Assembly: GCA_964621165.1 (NCBI GenBank)
Contig: CAZULC010000003.1
Span: 30,633-94,632 of the forward strand
Length of the DNA: 64,000 bases
Direction: 5' to 3'
Source of the DNA: an uncultured Ruminococcus sp.
GTDB lineage: Bacteria; Bacillota; Clostridia; Oscillospirales; CAG-272
A model generated the notes under the pieces. The model was not told the DNA's origin. It saw only the letters and a program-made list of their open reading frames with translations, and searched no databases. The translations under genes and the position numbers were made by a program. The number at the start of each line of letters is the position of its first letter. Within the stretch, counting starts at the first letter, position 1. Below are positions 9,090 through 18,866 of the stretch, in pieces.

Positions 9090-9869
9090 ATGAGTAATAT
9101 TAACGTATTTACATACAATCTCAGAATGGACAACCGGGGAGACGGAATCAACGCTTTCTCCTCGCGGAAGGATTATATCAAAAAGACCTTTCCAAAGTAC
9201 AATGCCGACGTCATAGGCTTTCAGGAGGTTCTCCCTCACATGAGACAGTGGCTGATAGATAACTTCACCGACTACGAAATCTGCGGAGTTGGCAGGGGAG
9301 CGAACCTTGACGACGAGAGCAACGTTGTGGCGTACAGAAAGGACAAATTCGACCTTGTATCATTGGAAACCTTCTGGCTTTCTGACACACCGCGCCGTCC
9401 CGGAACAAGATTCTCCACCGACCAAAGCCCATGCCCGAGAATCTGCACCTGCACAACCCTCTACTCAAGGGAAGCCAAAAAGGTGTTCCGCCACTACAAT
9501 ACCCATCTCGACCACGAAGGAGCCTTCGCTCAGGCACAGGGAATATCCCTGATTCTCGGCAGGATCGCTTCGGACTACGACTCATGGGCGCTCCCTGTAA
9601 TCCTCACCGGAGACTTCAACGTAACGCCGGACAGCGTTGTAATAAAGTCAGTCTCGAACTTCTCAGGTTGCGGGGAAAAGCTCATTGACGTGACGTCGGG
9701 CATCACCGGAACCTTCCACGGCTACAAGCCTGAAAAACGCCTGACTAAAATCGACTATATCTTCACAAACCTGCCTTGCGACAAGTCTAAGACCCATGTC
9801 GCCGACGACTGCGAAAACGGAGTCTACCTCTCCGACCATTATCCCGTAGGAGCCGCGGTGGAGATATAA
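9090..9869 (+). CDS. endonuclease/exonuclease/phosphatase (EEP) family protein
   Basis: 259 aa: VFTYNLRMDN..., GFQEV, TGDFNVTPDS, LSDHYPV, the characteristic EEP motifs. Confidence 0.8.
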   Translation: MSNINVFTYNLRMDNRGDGINAFSSRKDYIKKTFPKYNADVIGFQEVLPHMRQWLIDNFTDYEICGVGRGANLDDESNVVAYRKDKFDLVSLETFWLSDTPRRPGTRFSTDQSPCPRICTCTTLYSREAKKVFRHYNTHLDHEGAFAQAQGISLILGRIASDYDSWALPVILTGDFNVTPDSVVIKSVSNFSGCGEKLIDVTSGITGTFHGYKPEKRLTKIDYIFTNLPCDKSKTHVADDCENGVYLSDHYPVGAAVEI

Positions 9870-9939
9870 ATATAATACCACATTTTTGCAAAGAAGTAAA
9901 CAGAACCCAAAAAATTATCATCATACGGAGGTGCAGCTC

Positions 9940-10458
9940 ATGAAATGCCCAAGGTGTTCATGTACTGACAGTATAGTTGTAGACAGCCGGCCTGTGGAAG
10001 AGAATAACAGTACGAGGCGAAGACGTGAGTGTACTGCCTGCCACTTCCGTTTTACAACGTACGAATTTATAGACAACCTCAGCCCCATTGTCATCAAAAA
10101 GGACGGCTCCCGGGAACTATTCGACAAAAATAAAATCCTGTCGGGACTCATAAAAGCTTGCAATAAACGTCCGGTTGACGCGGTGAAGCTGGCAAACGAC
10201 ATTGAAGCCGAAATCAAAAGCTCCATGAAGACCGAAATCAAGTCAAAGAAAATCGGCGATATCGTGATGGAAAAGCTCAAGCAGCTGGATGACGTGGCAT
10301 ACGTGCGCTTTGCCTCAGTCCACCGGGAATTCAAGGATATAGAATCCTTCGCCGCGGAAATCACCAACCTGAAACGTGAAAAAGAGAAAGCCACACACGA
10401 CTTTGACTCCGACGAGGATGGAGATGGCAGAAAACGCCGCCGTTCGACGAAAAAGTAA
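9940..10458 (+). CDS. nrdR: transcriptional repressor NrdR
   Basis: MKCPRCSCTDSIVVDSRPVEENNSTRRRRECTACHFRFTTYE zinc ribbon plus ATP-cone. Start moved to ATG 9940, behind the GGAGGTG RBS. Has an acidic/basic C-terminal tail. Confidence 0.9.
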   Translation: MKCPRCSCTDSIVVDSRPVEENNSTRRRRECTACHFRFTTYEFIDNLSPIVIKKDGSRELFDKNKILSGLIKACNKRPVDAVKLANDIEAEIKSSMKTEIKSKKIGDIVMEKLKQLDDVAYVRFASVHREFKDIESFAAEITNLKREKEKATHDFDSDEDGDGRKRRRSTKK

Positions 10459-10462
10459 CTTA

Positions 10463-11001
10463 TGAAGTACACCATAAATCTGTATTTTGACAGGTAAACA
10501 GAGGAAAAACTGTCATATCTCGCAAAAAGTACAGCCGAAGAAACAGCCAGTGATAAAATTTCCGGATACAGCGTCCGACCATACCTCACATTAGCCTGCT
10601 TCAATGACGTTGACGAGCCGCAGTGTATAAGTCTGCTGAAAAGTTTTGCCAAAAGCCTTAAGGTCATATCCGTGAAAATCGGCTCCGTGGGAATGTTTAC
10701 CGACAGCAGCACTCTTTTCGGCATGCCAACCCTGACCGCCGGAATATTCCGTTTCCAAAGCGAGCTTCACGAAATCATGACGGACTTCGACAAAACCGGC
10801 TGGACCCTCTTTTGTCCTGACAACTGGTCGCCACACTGCACACTCGCATATACCTTGGAAGAAGGAAACGAAATCTTCCTCAGGGCGAGCAGGGTACTTC
10901 TGCAAAAATTCCGCCCCATGACAGGTGAGTTTTCGTCAATCGGACTTGTGAACATCACCCCTCCCGTAAAGGAAATCTTGGAGACCGAGTTGTCCCGGTA
11001 A
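10463..11001 (+). pseudogene. 2H phosphoesterase (LigT / 2'-5' RNA ligase-like) with in-frame TAA
   Basis: ATG 10463 gives MKYTINLYFDR, then TAA at 10496..10498. The same frame continues TEEKLSYLAK...RPYLTLA...PHCTLAYTLEE to 11001. The second HxTx motif is intact (HCTL) and the first is degenerate (YLTL). Confidence 0.7.
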
Positions 11002-11006
11002 AAATT

Positions 11007-11069
11007 CAAGCAATACTTGCAATAATACAAGCAATACTTGCAATAATACAAGCAATACTTGCAATAATA
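11007..11069. repeat. perfect tandem repeat, 3 x 21 bp (CAAGCAATACTTGCAATAATA)
   Basis: Units at 11007-11027, 11028-11048 and 11049-11069 are identical. Each contains a small CAAG-CAATA-CTTG hairpin. Sits between convergent genes. Confidence 0.95.
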
Positions 11070-11107
11070 AAGGAAGCCAGCCGCATCCACGGTAAAAAGC
11101 TTCCTTT
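11069..11107. terminator. bidirectional hairpin between convergent genes
   Basis: AAAGGAAGC (11069-11077) / GCTTCCTTT (11099-11107) with T/A runs on both sides. The loop is long (21 nt). Confidence 0.5.
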
Positions 11108-11131
11108 TATTATAATTATTATAATCGGGAT

Positions 11132-13954
11132 TCACTCGGCTTTCGTCTTTTTTGCCTGAACAATCGCCATAGCCGCCTTGCGAATGGTGTCAGCCGGAAT
11201 CACGGTCAGGGCAAACACCGCGCACAAAAGAAGATCGTCCACTCTCAGCGGCACACACCGGAAAACCTCGCCGCCGAAATATATAATCAACAGCTGAATC
11301 GCCGCCACCGCCGTCATAATGAACAGAAACGGCTTGTTCTTTCCCATGTTCGCGAACAGATTGATCCGCGGCGTTCGGGTACACATTGCAATCCCGATTC
11401 CCATAAATATAAACAAAGCGAAAAATAAAGTCAGATGATAAATATAATCCCCCGCGAACAAATGCTGCAAGCTCTTTGACATGAGAAAGTACATGGACAG
11501 CCCCACGGCGTAGGTTCCGGTCAGGATAATCTGGCAGACCATGGCGGAGGTCAGTATGTGCTCGTCACGCCGGACCGGTGGAATTTTCATGTATGCTTCA
11601 AGGGCAGGCTCACCGGCGAAGGCAAGGGAACCGAGAGTGTCCATGATGATGTTCACCCACAGCATCTGAATCACCGTGACGGGCGCGTCAATCCCGAAAA
11701 CCGTGCCGAGAACCGAAACTCCCACGGCAGCCATGTTCATGGTGAGCTGAAACGTGATGAACTTCCTGATACTCGAGAAAATCGTCCGCCCGAAGAGTAC
11801 GGCTTTGGTAATCGAGACGAAATTGTCGTCTGTTATCACAATATCACCGGCTTCACGGGCAATATCACTTCCGCTTCCCATTGAAAAGCCCACGTCCGCT
11901 GATTTGAGCGCCGGCGCGTCGTTGATTCCGTCCCCAGTCATCCCAGCAATGTGACCGGAAGCCTTGGAGAGACGTATGAGTCTGCTTTTGTCCATCGGAG
12001 TGACCCGGGATATGACCCTGATGTTCGGCAAAAGATAGGTGACCTGTTCGTCATCAAGCGAGCGCAAGTCATCCCCGTCTATGACAAGACTGCCGCATGC
12101 CTTGGTGAAGTGAGAAAAACTCTCCTTATTATTATATATAAGATAATTCTTCTCGAGGATTCTGCACTCCTCCGCGATTTTCCTCGCCGTGTCGCAGTTG
12201 TCTCCGGTAATCATCACCACCTGAATCCCCGCGCTCTTGCAATCCCGTATGGCTGGAATCACTTCCCGCCGGATTTCATCCTTGATAACGTACATCCCGG
12301 CAAAGGTCAGCTCTGCAGAGTCCAGCCCGCTCTTTTTCAGCCTGCCCATGACGGAAGCGTCCCCCTCAGCCGCCAACAGAATCCTGCATGAAGCTCCGGC
12401 TTTGGCTGATATCGCCGACTTGATTTTTCCGAGAACCTCGCCGCTCATGTGATTGACTTTACCGTCAGAGGTCAGATACGTCGTGCATTTCGGCAGAAGA
12501 TAGTCCGCCGCTCCCTGAACGTAGGTTTTACCTCTGTACAACGCCGCCGCGTACTTCCTTGACGAATCAAACATAATCCTCTCGCTTACGTCCTCTCCGC
12601 CGCCGGATATCCCGAGAAATTTGTTTATCGCCTTTTCAGTGGAGTTGTGTACCCCGGAGCAGGAATAGGCGCAGTTTTTCACGCTCTCGTAAACGCTCCC
12701 GCCAGAGGATGACAGTGCGGTCAGGGAATAATACTCCTGCCCCTCGGCTGAAATAATGCTGGACATGGTCAGCTTGCCCGTGGTCAAAGTTCCGGTTTTG
12801 TCCGTGAAGAGAATATCCACGCTTCCCGCAGTCTCGATTCCAACAAGCCGACGCACCAGAACGCTGGACTTCAGCATCTTCTGCATGTTCGACGACAGCA
12901 CCACCGTAATCATCATGGGAAGCCCTTCCGGCACCGCGACAACCACCACCGACACCGCCATGGTAAACGCCTTGATACATTCGGAGAAGACGTAACGGTA
13001 GTCCCGCAGTCTCTCGAGAGCCACAGTCGGATTCATTCCGGCTTCAATCCAGAACGCGTCAATCAGGTGAACCGCGGCGACAATTGCGGCTGAAACATAC
13101 CCGATTTTCGATATGGTTTTGGCGAGAGCCGACAGTCTTTCCTTCAGTGGACTTGCTTCGTCCACCCGTGAAAGCTCCCCTGCAATGGAGCCGTACATTG
13201 TGTTGTCCCCAACCGCCGTCACAAGCATAACCCCCGACCCGCCCGTGACATGGCACCCCTTGAACACCGCGCATCCGCCATGCTCATTTAACTTAAAATA
13301 AGCCGCGTCATTCCTGTACTTTTTTATAACAGAGTCCGCCGGAGTTTTTTCCACCTTCCTCGATTCCCCAGTCAAAGGAGCTTCGTCACAGCTGACCTTT
13401 CCCCGTACAAGAATCCCGTCCGCTGGAACAGTATCCCCGGGTGAGAGGACGACAATATCATGCCGCACCAGCTCCGACAAAGGAAGCGACACCTCACGCC
13501 CATCCCGTATGACCGCACATTTTCCTTCGTCAAGGGTAGAGTAAAGCTTTTCAAACGCCTTGCCCGAGGAATGCTCGGATATGGTGGAAACCAAGGCGGA
13601 AATCAGAACAGTAGCCGCGATACCGATGCTCTCAGCCCAGTTGAAATCGGAAAAGGTGAAGATGATGTTTATAACCAGCGCACCGATTAAAATCTTGATA
13701 ATGGGGTCGCTGAGATTTTTCAGAAAACAGATAAAAAATCCCGCCTGCTTTTTCGGTGAGATGGAATTGGAGCCGTATTTTTCCCGTGACTGCGCCGCTT
13801 CTTCACTGGTAAGTCCGACGGAAGGGGACGGAATAACATCCCGACTGACTCTGCCGTACCTTTCACGCCGAACGCCGGCCTCACCGTGCAGCTTTACTGT
13901 TTCATTCATTTGCTCACCGCGCTTCCTATAGTTTTCTCGATAGAGTATATTCAC
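11132..13954 (-). CDS. P-type (P2) calcium-translocating ATPase
   Basis: 940 aa with DKTGTLT phosphorylation site, VAVPEGLP, MITGDN and TGDGINDAPALK motifs, ~10 TM. Alternative start at 13909 (MNETV...). Confidence 0.85.
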   Translation of the reverse strand: MNILYRENYRKRGEQMNETVKLHGEAGVRRERYGRVSRDVIPSPSVGLTSEEAAQSREKYGSNSISPKKQAGFFICFLKNLSDPIIKILIGALVINIIFTFSDFNWAESIGIAATVLISALVSTISEHSSGKAFEKLYSTLDEGKCAVIRDGREVSLPLSELVRHDIVVLSPGDTVPADGILVRGKVSCDEAPLTGESRKVEKTPADSVIKKYRNDAAYFKLNEHGGCAVFKGCHVTGGSGVMLVTAVGDNTMYGSIAGELSRVDEASPLKERLSALAKTISKIGYVSAAIVAAVHLIDAFWIEAGMNPTVALERLRDYRYVFSECIKAFTMAVSVVVVAVPEGLPMMITVVLSSNMQKMLKSSVLVRRLVGIETAGSVDILFTDKTGTLTTGKLTMSSIISAEGQEYYSLTALSSSGGSVYESVKNCAYSCSGVHNSTEKAINKFLGISGGGEDVSERIMFDSSRKYAAALYRGKTYVQGAADYLLPKCTTYLTSDGKVNHMSGEVLGKIKSAISAKAGASCRILLAAEGDASVMGRLKKSGLDSAELTFAGMYVIKDEIRREVIPAIRDCKSAGIQVVMITGDNCDTARKIAEECRILEKNYLIYNNKESFSHFTKACGSLVIDGDDLRSLDDEQVTYLLPNIRVISRVTPMDKSRLIRLSKASGHIAGMTGDGINDAPALKSADVGFSMGSGSDIAREAGDIVITDDNFVSITKAVLFGRTIFSSIRKFITFQLTMNMAAVGVSVLGTVFGIDAPVTVIQMLWVNIIMDTLGSLAFAGEPALEAYMKIPPVRRDEHILTSAMVCQIILTGTYAVGLSMYFLMSKSLQHLFAGDYIYHLTLFFALFIFMGIGIAMCTRTPRINLFANMGKNKPFLFIMTAVAAIQLLIIYFGGEVFRCVPLRVDDLLLCAVFALTVIPADTIRKAAMAIVQAKKTKAE

Positions 13955-14073
13955 CCCGCCCCGCGGCTATTCCCATGAAATTTTTTTATTTTTTTCCGAA
14001 AAATCAAACTTTTTTGCCTTTTCAAACGTCTATATATATGTAATCGGTTACAGACCAAAAAAATGGTGACGCC

Positions 14074-15360
14074 ATGGAAAAAGAAGAGATAAAGCATTTG
14101 CTTGAAGAAAACTACGCCGCTCTCGAAAGGTATGTCTTCTTTCAGGCGGGATACAGCCAGCAGTCCGCTGATATTGTGCAGGAGACAGCCTTGTCGGTTA
14201 TGCTCCACGGGGATGCTCTCAGGAAAAAGGAAGCGTTCAAGCCGTGGCTGTACCAAATCGCACGGAATAAGCTCGCCGACGCATACCGGAAAAGCGGACA
14301 TGAAATCAGCTCCGACAAGCTGGATATGGTCCCCGTCAGGCGGGTTGAGAGAAGCTGCGACGCGGTATGGGAAACCCTCTACAAGCTCCCGCCCGATGAC
14401 AAAAAAATTCTCACCCTGTGCTACATGCAAGGAATGAAGCAGAAGGACGCGGCTGAGCTTCTGTCAATCCCTCTCGGTACGCTGAAAACCAGACTGAGCG
14501 CGGCAAGAGAAAGATTCAGAAAAAATTATCAGTATACTTATAATTACAAGGAGAAAACTATGGATAACATTAATTTTCCGAAAATAATACCTGACTATGA
14601 AATAACCGAAAAGGAAGGGGAGATTTTCCCTGTCAAATACGAGGGAATCATCGGCTGGGGAATTGTGCCAAGGCTCGGCGAGAAGAAAGCGTGGGCGGCA
14701 TACGACTTCCCGGAGAAGAAAATCACGGACGTCATGAAAATGGAGGTAACAGGCAGGTGCGAGGTCCACGGAATCGAGGGAGTGGAAATAAAGACAACCG
14801 AAACCTCCTGCGGAGGGATCGACCCAAACGTATTCACTGACAGTGAAATCGAGCGCATTTTCGCCGCACAGCTCACGGAAACCCACTGCCGCCTCCTCGC
14901 CGAGAGCCACATGGAAAACGGGGTCAAGAAGTGCTATACCTTCCTCGATGGGAACAAATTCCTCGATAACTGGGGATTCGGCGAAAATAACTGCGGCTTC
15001 AAGACACACCTCCGTCACGAGGGATATATAATAAAGAAGGGAAGCACCGTCGAAAATAAATCCGGCAGAGATGAGGTAATGGACCTGTCCGGCAGATTCA
15101 CCGTAAAAATCGGCGGGGTGGAGTACGACACCGTGTGCCTGACCGATATAGAATCCTACAACGAGGGAGTGCTGACGGAAACCTACCTCGACAGAAACGG
15201 TAACGAAATTCTCTGGCGCCGCTTCAACAGTGACGACTGGCACAGCGAGAGAATCGGGATGAAATGGGGCGAAAAATATCCGCAAAACGAGAGACTCACC
15301 GTCAACGGCAAAACTTACGTCCACTGGTACGACTGCATTTTCGATAATCTTGTAAAGTAA
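14074..15360 (+). CDS. ECF-like sigma factor fused to a ~260-aa C-terminal domain of unknown function
   Basis: The N-terminal ~165 aa carry sigma region 2 (FKPWLYQIARNKLADAYRK) and region 4 (KQKDAAELLSIPLGTLKTRLSAARERF). The remaining ~260 aa match nothing I recognise and have no TM. Confidence 0.75.
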   Translation: MEKEEIKHLLEENYAALERYVFFQAGYSQQSADIVQETALSVMLHGDALRKKEAFKPWLYQIARNKLADAYRKSGHEISSDKLDMVPVRRVERSCDAVWETLYKLPPDDKKILTLCYMQGMKQKDAAELLSIPLGTLKTRLSAARERFRKNYQYTYNYKEKTMDNINFPKIIPDYEITEKEGEIFPVKYEGIIGWGIVPRLGEKKAWAAYDFPEKKITDVMKMEVTGRCEVHGIEGVEIKTTETSCGGIDPNVFTDSEIERIFAAQLTETHCRLLAESHMENGVKKCYTFLDGNKFLDNWGFGENNCGFKTHLRHEGYIIKKGSTVENKSGRDEVMDLSGRFTVKIGGVEYDTVCLTDIESYNEGVLTETYLDRNGNEILWRRFNSDDWHSERIGMKWGEKYPQNERLTVNGKTYVHWYDCIFDNLVK

Positions 15361-15367
15361 AATTAAA

Positions 15368-15410
15368 CCCGCGGGAAATGTACATACAAATACTTCCCGC
15401 GGGATTTGTA
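15368..15410. terminator. bidirectional terminator
   Basis: CCCGCGGGAA (15368-15377) / TTCCCGCGGG (15394-15403), a 10-bp stem between convergent genes. Confidence 0.75.
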
Positions 15411-15459
15411 TGCTTCTCAGCTCACGCAATGGTCTGAACTCGTCAATATCATACCATAC

Positions 15460-16420
15460 TCACGATAATACTGACGATAATACTTCATAATTCACATCAA
15501 AGTTGTGGCTGTGACTGCTCTTTACAATAAACTCCACCCGGGAAACCGCTTCTTCGGCTTCATCATTCCTTCCGAGACGGTACAGACAAGCCGCAATCTC
15601 AAGGTAATAAGCATATTATTTGGAGTTCGTCCCGCCTATCTCATATGAGTCATATGAATAATCGTTATCCTTCATGAACATTTCCACCTCAGCCGCCGCC
15701 TGCCTGAAGGATTTGAGCGCTTTTTCATAATTACCGACCTAAAAATATCCTTTTCTTTCCTGTGCGAAAGCAATGAACAGTTCCTGATTTTCGATAATTT
15801 TCCACTCTGACGCTTCCTTGAGCCGATCTCCCCCTTGAGAAAATACGAGGTCACGCGCATTCTGTCCTGAAGCATGTATGGGTACATATACGGAAGCGAT
15901 TCAACCATTTTTTTGGCTTCATCATATTTGTCTAAATCAAGAGAAGCTGAAGCAATCATTTCCTTGCAGCGGCAGATACAGAAAATATCGTTTGATTAGG
16001 ATATTATTTTATTTCCAATATTCAAGAGTTTGTCAAGCAATTCATTTCTGTCAACTATATACTGACGTTATAAATTGAGAAGCTCCGTTTTCAGTTTATC
16101 CGACGACGGGTACTGGGCAATGCCGCCAAGCAGAATTTTCTCCGCTTTTTTAAAGTCACTGAAAAAAAATAATTATATGATTCAATTCTGATGTACTCGA
16201 TCCTATCTTCAATCTCCTCCGCGTTGTAGTTGAACAGCGTATCCAGCGATACCTTGAAGAATGCCGCGATGGCCGGAATCAGGGTCATATCCGGGTAGGA
16301 CGCCGCCATCTCCCAATTCGAAACCGCCTGAGGGGATACGTTGAGCTTGGAAGCAAGCTGATCCTGAGTCAGACCCCGCATTTTGCGAAGCTCGCGTATT
16401 TTGTTTTCTAAATTAATCAT
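15460..16420 (-). pseudogene. XRE-HTH / TPR-repeat regulator, multiply disrupted
   Basis: Intact HTH (MINLENKIRELRKMRGLTQDQLASKLNVSPQAVSNWE). Downstream TPR-like sequence (DFKKAEKILLGGIAQYPSSDKLKTELL, LDLDKYDEAKKMVESLPYMYPYM, GNYEKALKSFRQAAA, YYLEIAACLYRLGRNDEAEEA) is spread over all three frames with several stops. Shifts occur at T8 and A6 runs. Confidence 0.65.
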
Positions 16421-16636
16421 ATAAAAAATACCTATCAAGTATTGTCTGGCGCGCACCTTACGTTTATATTTTACATCCACGGGAAGAAAAAATCACCAAC
16501 GGGATTTTTGTGTTTTTTTCAACCTTTGGTTGTACCGGTTGAATGCGAAAAATAAACACGAAAAATTTACCGATTATATTTGACTTATTTCGGCAAAAGA
16601 TATAAAATATATAGGTTAGAAATAATTTGTCAGGAG

Positions 16637-17305
16637 ATGACGGAATTGAAGTACAAAGCCGCAATATTCGACCTCGACGGAACACTGCTCGATACCCTTG
16701 ATGACCTGCACGACGCCGTGAACCACACTATGAATAAATATTCCTACCCCGAGAGAACTCTCGACGAAGTCTGCCGTTTTGTGGGCAACGGTGTGGACAG
16801 ACTGATAACCCTCTGCGTACCCGGACATGAGAGCGACCCCAGCCTCGCCGCTGCAATAGGAGACTTTCGCGACTACTACGCCGCCCACTCGGAGATAAAG
16901 ACAAAGCCATACCCTGGTGTGATTGAGCTGATAGACAGGCTCATGAAGTCCGGCGTGAAAGCTGCAATCGTGTCAAACAAAATGCACGAGGCTGTCGTGA
17001 CACTGTGCCGGAAATATTTCCCGCAGGTTGAGGTGGTGTGCGGCGAGCGTGAGAGGGAAGGGGTCAGACGAAAGCCAGCTCCGGACACCGTAATAAAGGC
17101 GGCTGAAAACCTCGGCGTAAACCTGTCTGACGTTGTATACATCGGCGACTCCGAGGTTGACCTCAAGACCTCCGAAAACGCAGGAGTCGACTGCATATCG
17201 GTCCTATGGGGCTTCCGCGGACGGGAATGCTTAATCAATCACGGTGCGAAAATTTTTGCACAAACCGCCGATCAGGTTTACAGCATAATCGCAGGAGAAA
17301 ATTAA
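16637..17305 (+). CDS. HAD-family phosphatase (phosphoglycolate phosphatase-like)
   Basis: AAIFDLDGTLLDT motif I, SNK motif, and GDSEVDLKTSENAG motif IV. Start uncertain (ATG 16637 versus TTG 16580). Confidence 0.8.
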   Translation: MTELKYKAAIFDLDGTLLDTLDDLHDAVNHTMNKYSYPERTLDEVCRFVGNGVDRLITLCVPGHESDPSLAAAIGDFRDYYAAHSEIKTKPYPGVIELIDRLMKSGVKAAIVSNKMHEAVVTLCRKYFPQVEVVCGEREREGVRRKPAPDTVIKAAENLGVNLSDVVYIGDSEVDLKTSENAGVDCISVLWGFRGRECLINHGAKIFAQTADQVYSIIAGEN

Positions 17306-17419
17306 CAATTTTTGAAAAAAATGTAATTTTATTAATGATTAAAAAAAATCATTTACATTCGGATACGAATATGATATAATATAGGTGTATTGACTACTCG
17401 CTGATTTTTTGGAGCTTAA

Positions 17420-18826
17420 ATGTACTTTTCAAATATATTTTTCCTGTATGTCTTCATGCCGGTTCTGTTTCTGGCATATTTTATAATAAAAAACAATGCT
17501 TGGCGCAGGGGAGTACTTGTCGCTTTTTCGCTGATTTTCTACGCGTGGGGCGAGCCGGTTTACGTCTTCCTAATGGTAGGCCTTGTCCTCGCCGACTACC
17601 TCTTCGGTCTGGGAATCACGAACACCAAAAGCGCGTGGATGAAGAAATTTCTCCTTATAATGGCAGTGGCGTCGAACCTGAGCGTCCTCGGAGTGTACAA
17701 ATACCTTGGATTCTTCACCGAAACTTTGAACTACATCTTCAACGTGAACCTGCCAATGGTTGAGCTGACAATGCCCATCGGAATCAGCTTCTTCACCTTC
17801 CAGACCATGTCATACGTAATCGACGTTTACCGGGGTGACGCCGACGTGCAGAAATCTTTCTTCAAGCTTCTGCTTTACGTCTCATTCTTCCCACAGCTTG
17901 TGGCGGGACCAATAGTACGCTACAAGGACATAGAAGCACAGCTCACGGACCGTCATGTTCCTGTGGAGAAGTTCAACGAGGGCTTGTTCCGCCTGTCCGT
18001 GGGACTTGCCAAAAAGGTTCTCATCGCCGACTGCTGTGCCACGGTAATAACGTCACTCTACAGTCTGACTGATGTAACCTTCGCCGCGAGATGGATGGGA
18101 GCCGTGTTCTTCACCCTTCAGCTCTACTTCGACTTCTCAGGCTACTCCGACATGGCGATAGGGCTTGGCAAAATGTTCGGCTTCGAGCTGCGTGAAAACT
18201 TCAACTACCCGCTTATTTCCTCAAGCGCGACGGAATTCTGGCGCAGATGGCACATATCCCTCGGCAGCTTCTTCCGTGATTACGTGTACATCCCTCTCGG
18301 AGGAAACCGCCACGACCAGCAGAGAAACATACTTGTTGTATGGTTTTTGACCGGAATGTGGCACGGCGCGTCATGGAACTTCATCATTTGGGGACTGTAC
18401 TACGCATTCTTGTTAATGTGGGAAAAAAGCTATTTTCTGAAAGCTCGCGAAAGAATGCCTAAAGCTGTATCATTTGTTGTGTCACACATTTATACAATAT
18501 TCATAACAGTTTTTGGATTTGCCATATTCTACTTCGACGAAGGGCTGCTCAAGAATCTGGGCTACCTCTTCGGAATCGGATGCGCATCCTTCAGCGATAT
18601 TTTCACCAACGCCGTAATCATGGACAACATAATCCTTTTGGCGGCGGCAATTCTGTTCTCGGCACCGGTTGTTCCATATCTGTGGAATAAGCTGACATCC
18701 CGCGTCGCCGTTCCATACTCAGTGGAGCGAATCATCAAAACCGTGGTGGCAGTGGTGTTCATCGCCGCGTCCTCCGTCAGACTTGTGGGCGACACCTACA
18801 GCCCCTTCCTATATTTCCGCTTCTGA
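17420..18826 (+). CDS. MBOAT family O-acyltransferase (AlgI/DltB/PatA-like)
   Basis: 468 aa polytopic protein with FWRRWHISLGSFFRDYVYIPLGGNR and MWHGASW motifs containing the conserved His. Confidence 0.85.
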   Translation: MYFSNIFFLYVFMPVLFLAYFIIKNNAWRRGVLVAFSLIFYAWGEPVYVFLMVGLVLADYLFGLGITNTKSAWMKKFLLIMAVASNLSVLGVYKYLGFFTETLNYIFNVNLPMVELTMPIGISFFTFQTMSYVIDVYRGDADVQKSFFKLLLYVSFFPQLVAGPIVRYKDIEAQLTDRHVPVEKFNEGLFRLSVGLAKKVLIADCCATVITSLYSLTDVTFAARWMGAVFFTLQLYFDFSGYSDMAIGLGKMFGFELRENFNYPLISSSATEFWRRWHISLGSFFRDYVYIPLGGNRHDQQRNILVVWFLTGMWHGASWNFIIWGLYYAFLLMWEKSYFLKARERMPKAVSFVVSHIYTIFITVFGFAIFYFDEGLLKNLGYLFGIGCASFSDIFTNAVIMDNIILLAAAILFSAPVVPYLWNKLTSRVAVPYSVERIIKTVVAVVFIAASSVRLVGDTYSPFLYFRF

Positions 18827-18866
18827 TAACATTAATCAAAAAACATATTATTGAGTCAAGAAAGTA

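Noticed and set aside
11007-11069. CRISPR array
   Set aside because: The repeats are directly adjacent with no spacers, there are only three units of 21 bp, and no cas genes are in the window.
10767-11135. 122-aa minus-strand ORF with a YCKYCLYYCKYCLYYCKYCL repeat
   Set aside because: The repeat is simply the translation of the 3 x 21-bp tandem DNA repeat. The ORF spans a terminator hairpin and the 3' end of another gene.
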